Source of the DNA: Harriotta raleighana
Taxonomy: Eukaryota
Length of the DNA stretch: 64,000 nt
NCBI GenBank assembly: GCA_050575255.1
Contig: JBNZDD010013717.1
Location: 4,954,965-5,018,964 of the forward strand
Direction: 5' to 3'
Within the stretch, counting starts at the first letter, position 1. Every line of letters starts with the position of its first letter. Below the pieces are notes generated by a model, which worked only from the letters and a program-made list of their open reading frames with translations, was not told the DNA's origin and made no database searches. Below are positions 60,902 through 64,000 of the stretch, piece after piece. The translations under genes were made by a program, and so were the position numbers.

Positions 60902-61420
60902 TAAGCACTCTGAGAGGCTGCCCAGCATGGAGGGTGCTATATATAAATGCTACTTGTTATTGTTACTGTCGGCATCATACTGATAACTTTAGACCAACTA
61001 TTTTGGTCAGACAAGAAAATAAATTTTCTTGATTGAATATTTATTGATTTATGCCATATCCATTTAAAGCAGACTGACCTAGATTAGCGTGTATATTTGG
61101 TGGGCCACATTTTTATGACTTCCTGGGCCACTTCTTGCCTTGAACATACTCTGTGCTATGGTTGGCCAATAGTGAATTAGGTGTAGCACGTTCAACACAA
61201 AGTGTAACTCCCTCCAATATGCTCCAATAGTGTTTCATCACCACAGCAACAGAAGGATAAACCATAAGGTGTTTTCCAGTGTTGATATCAGACATTGTGC
61301 GATCTCTCTAAGATTCTCAGTTTAATGCTGTTTGGAGCGGAGATCATGTTTTGCTGTGAGCTCCTACTTTTTATGGACTGGATTGTGACTGCCCAAACAC
61401 ATCTAGTAATAATCCTTGGA

Positions 61421-61755
61421 AACAACAACAAATAACATTTGTATAGTGCCTTTTACGTCAGGAGCGTGTCGCAAGTCACTGGACAGTCAGAGGTTTGGAC
61501 ATGAGCAGGGAGTTAAGATCAGTAGTAGTTGTAGATTCCATGGAGGGTAAGAAGATGGCTGTAGGTTAGGTCAAAGAGATGGGTCTTGCGATGTGCCTTG
61601 AAAGAGATGGGAGGGAGAAAGACAAAGGGACTGTGGGATGGACTTCCAAATGGTATGGAATAGAGTATGAAGGCCTGACTGCTGATTGTTGGGCAGGCTA
61701 GACAGGAGGCTTGGAACAGACCAGAGCCTACGGAGCTCAGCTCTACCAGTGATCT
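61421..61755 (-). mobile_element. L2 3' end, followed by a Deu-SINE head remnant at ~61760-61880
   Basis: (caa)n tail; reverse strand reads SFKAHRKTHLFD. Confidence 0.78.
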
Positions 61756-63869
61756 GCATTGCAGCCTACCCACAACACTGCATTGAAGTGTCAGATTACT
61801 GTATGAGTTCCAAGCACCAACATGGGGCTTTTACCCACAATACTGATTCAGAGGTGATACTGCTACCAACTGAACTGACATACAAGAGCTTTACAGGTAA
61901 TATATGGAGGCTTTTTCCTTTTTTTTACTAGAACAAAAATAATAGTTGTCAAGGGAGATATCACTAGGGATTTGTAAATATGTGGAACCAAGGTTTGATC
62001 TGCAGATTGCATTTTTTTACAACCTTGATCTCTTGTTCTCAAAATTATACCATAGGAGAAATATCTGAGCTATAGTTTTGTTCAATTCCCCCCCCTTTTT
62101 AAAAAAAGATGTTATTTATACCTTTACAAGTATATTTCCCTCTTGCAAAAGCCAACTGGGAGGGGGCTCCTGGGTTTAATGGGTAAGGATAAAGATAATT
62201 TGACCCCTCATTGACCTATCTGTGGGGAAACGCTTCACTTCTGCATGTTGCCTCCCTAGATGGCTGTTGGAGCTGGGAACTTACCGTATAGGAGTTACAG
62301 CAATAATTTGTGTTCGATCACGCCACAGGCAAACTCATTAGTGCATTGACATGCTGTGCCACCTTCTGAGGTTTTGAAAGTTATCATGACTTCGAGTATA
62401 GAAGATCAAACTGAGAGACTCATTTGTATGATTTTTTTTCCGTTAGAAAAAGCACATTTGTTTAGCATTCTAAAATGCTGCAAATATTTTCCTTACAGTC
62501 AGTGGAGATTTGCTGGATTTCATGGTGGGTGGATAAAGGGAGATTTCTGTTGGTAGGATTGTGGTTCTTTTAAAAGACCACTTTTGGTATATGTTGTGCT
62601 TATTAAGACAAGAGAGCTCCGAGATGAGAAATTCAAGCTGNCAAAAACAGTAACATCTTTATAATATTTTGTTAGTGTTGTATTGTGGTTCTTTTAAAAG
62701 ACCACTTTTGGTATATGTTGTGCTTATTAAGACAAGAGAGCTCCGAGATGAGAAATTCAAGCTGTTTTATGTGCTATTTTAACCAGAATTTTAAAATGAC
62801 ACTATATATTTGACCTGGGAGAAATCAAAATGTGCTACTCACAGGGCAAATGTAGAATGGATTAGACACAGGTTGACGCTGCATTCAATCTCAGAACAAC
62901 TTGCAGTACTTAATATTACATATTTGTCTCCCCAGACATTGGTCCTTGTTGCTTTTCTAACTAGATAGCTCAGTTAAGGAAGAGAACTGCATTAAGAGCA
63001 CTGGCATTTAAAGTAGACTTACTACTGTCAGCAAAATGGAGACTTTCAACTCATCAGTCTTACTTAGATTTGAGTTAGGTCCTGGAGGGACAAAAAACAA
63101 TATGCCAATGGATTTGTTCCCTTAAAAGCATGTTTTTCCCATTAAATATTTCCAGATGATCCATAAAATGTGTTAGTACCCAAGACATATTTTTTAATGG
63201 AAAATTCAAGTAATTAAAAGGATGGCCATACTGATATTTTAATTAACTAATGCAAATCAATGGTGATTTTCAGTTAATATTGTCACACTGCCAATTGAGT
63301 TAACTAATTAAATCTATTGGTTTTCGAGAAACATTTTTCTTTTAATGAAAACATCTTGCACATGAGTCATTTTCATTGCCTTTTCAGATGTCTGAACATC
63401 TCTCACAGTTGCAAGGAAAGGATGTCAATGAAGTAATAACAATGCTTGGTTGACTGCATCATGGTTTCATTCTAATTCAACAATGGTTAGATGCAGAAGT
63501 GCATTTATATGCAAGCAGCTAGATATCTATTGTCTAAAGCGATGACTAATAAAATACTGTACATGGAAAATATGGTAAGCACAATAAAGGATATAATTTG
63601 CTCTTATTTTTCAAATTGCAGCAAATACAGTGTATTGGTTGAGTGACATCAAAAAGGTTGTTCATTGCTGTAGATTTTCACATAAATCAATTTGATTGCC
63701 AAAGCTACAAACCCCTGAGACATACCCACTAAAAATAAGAATACAAATGCAAAATAATCAACATTGGCTTTATCAAACAAAATAAACTTGCAAGTTTGAA
63801 GACAGGCTCATTTTATTTGCAAGGTCAGGCTATTTCACCATGATAGTCTGTGTCCATCGTTTGGGAGTG

Positions 63870-64000
63870 ATCATAGAATTATACAGCACAGAAGGAGGCC
63901 ATTTGGCCCATTGTGTCTGTGTTGGCTCTTTGAAAAGAGCTGTCCAAATCAATCCCACTCCCAGGCTCTCCCCATAGCCCTGCAAACCAGTGCTCCCCAA
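63870..64000 (-). mobile_element. CR1 3' end, running off the window end
   Basis: atcatagaat-tatacagcacagaaggaggccatttggccc; same family as 19331. Confidence 0.85.

Noticed and set aside
63388-63453. MSEHLSQLQGKDVNEVITMLG*, after a good acceptor, faintly like ribosomal protein P2
   Set aside because: Only 21 codons with an early stop and no flanking similarity; probably chance.

Overview
This window is eukaryotic DNA, AT-rich and dominated by repeats. The repeat mix (L2 and CR1 LINEs, Deu-domain SINEs, a young tRNA-headed SINE with an L2-type tail, Penelope-like element ends, Tigger/pogo-like MITEs) suggests a cartilaginous fish, probably a holocephalan; this is inference from repeat content only. 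I could not recognise any host protein-coding exon, so the window looks intronic or intergenic. The ORFs I could interpret are decayed L2 endonuclease/RT pieces or repeat shadows. The most notable signals are: (1) three decayed minimal hammerhead-ribozyme motifs in Penelope-like ends; (2) a frameshifted Ty3/Gypsy RT fossil missing from the ORF track; (3) very short L2 3'-tail insertions, some with target-site duplications (TSDs); (4) a nested DNA-transposon cluster inside a CR1 carrying a CTCF-like motif that differs between two assembled copies; (5) several hairpin-rich unique segments. Most single-N sites sit between near-identical duplicates, including one of about 2 kb, and look like uncollapsed haplotypes from scaffolding. 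I found no clearly new biological system. All family names come from pattern recognition rather than database searches, and the boundaries of old repeats are approximate.
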